This document shows, in pieces, positions 63,520 through 64,000 of a DNA stretch of 64,000 nt (position 1 is the stretch's first letter; each line of letters starts with the position of its first letter). This DNA comes from Rhodosorus marinus CCMP1338 (lineage: Eukaryota > Plantae > Rhodophyta): positions 1,426,001 to 1,490,000 of the forward strand of contig JAMWBK010000008.1 of the NCBI GenBank assembly GCA_029953675.1, read 5' to 3'. The position numbers were made by a program, and so were the translations under genes. Under the pieces are notes generated by a model. It was not told the DNA's origin. It saw only the letters and a program-made list of their open reading frames with translations, and did no database searches.

Positions 63520-64000
63520 CTAGGCGAACCGTGTTTCGGCACCGAGCAACGAGTGACCAGGAAAGCCTAGGAATAGCTTCCTGACAGTGCCAGCGTGGAT
63601 GGCGCCGGCAACCGCCATGAAGAAAGCAACGTCGAATCCAATTGCTATTAGCTGTCGAGAAGCCAGTTTGACTGGACCTCAAATATTGAGAGCGAGAGAG
63701 GAATTAGAGCGTCTTACTGACGTGAGCATATTTTCATAAGGCGGATTCGAGAAGTGCAGGATAGAAAACGCCCCAGCTGCAATAGATAGCTGCTCAGGGG
63801 ACAAGACCCACATGAACAGTGTGGCTCCATTCTTGTGCGTACTTTAATTATAGAGCTAGAGTGCTAAGCATGCATCAACTGGTTGGACGATGGCTCTTCA
63901 CAACTTGACCTTACATCACTCTCCGTCCGAGTACTAGAAGAAAAAAAGCTCCCGGACTACGGCCAACGCTAAAAAGCCTACAGATCCAACTGGCTATGAT
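63520..64000 (-). CDS. 3' end of an uncharacterised, probably membrane, protein (gene begins beyond the window)
   Basis: GT-AG-joinable exons give ...NGATLFMWVLSPEQLSIAAGAFSILHFSNPPYENMLTS|LIAIGFDVAFFMAVAGAIHAGTVRKLFLGFPGHSLLGAETRFA*. No family recognised. Confidence 0.4.

Overview
Compact, intron-containing eukaryotic nuclear DNA with short GT-AG introns (mostly about 60-130 bp). It is probably from a red alga or a similar primary-plastid alga. This is inferred from MAFV/MGFV-type transit-peptide starts without signal peptides and from a RETICULATA/DUF3411 gene. Recognisable genes in order: FAN1 (5'-truncated), ICT1/ArfB, two tandem intronless TLC-domain paralogs, a bHLH with a possible GAF-like C-terminal domain, a bZIP plus an inverted truncated paralog, p24/GOLD, a decayed Ty1/copia pol relic next to tRNA-Val(CAC), two 8-exon genes fusing a DEP domain to a MerA-like flavoprotein disulfide reductase, a spliced DUF2322-like gene between those two, MYG1, Elongin A-like, RPB2 (about 16 introns), AUH-like enoyl-CoA hydratase, U1A/U2B''-like protein, EMC8/9, ERGIC-thioredoxin (PDI-C), RETICULATA-related protein, and a LacZ-type GH2 beta-galactosidase with a hydrophobic N-terminal extension. 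The most unusual element is the duplicated DEP-reductase locus at 27.9-36.8 kb. Other oddities are a perfect 36-bp hairpin at 26.45 kb and several local tandem repeats. All family names come from motifs recognised by eye, exon boundaries were inferred manually, and no database searches were run.
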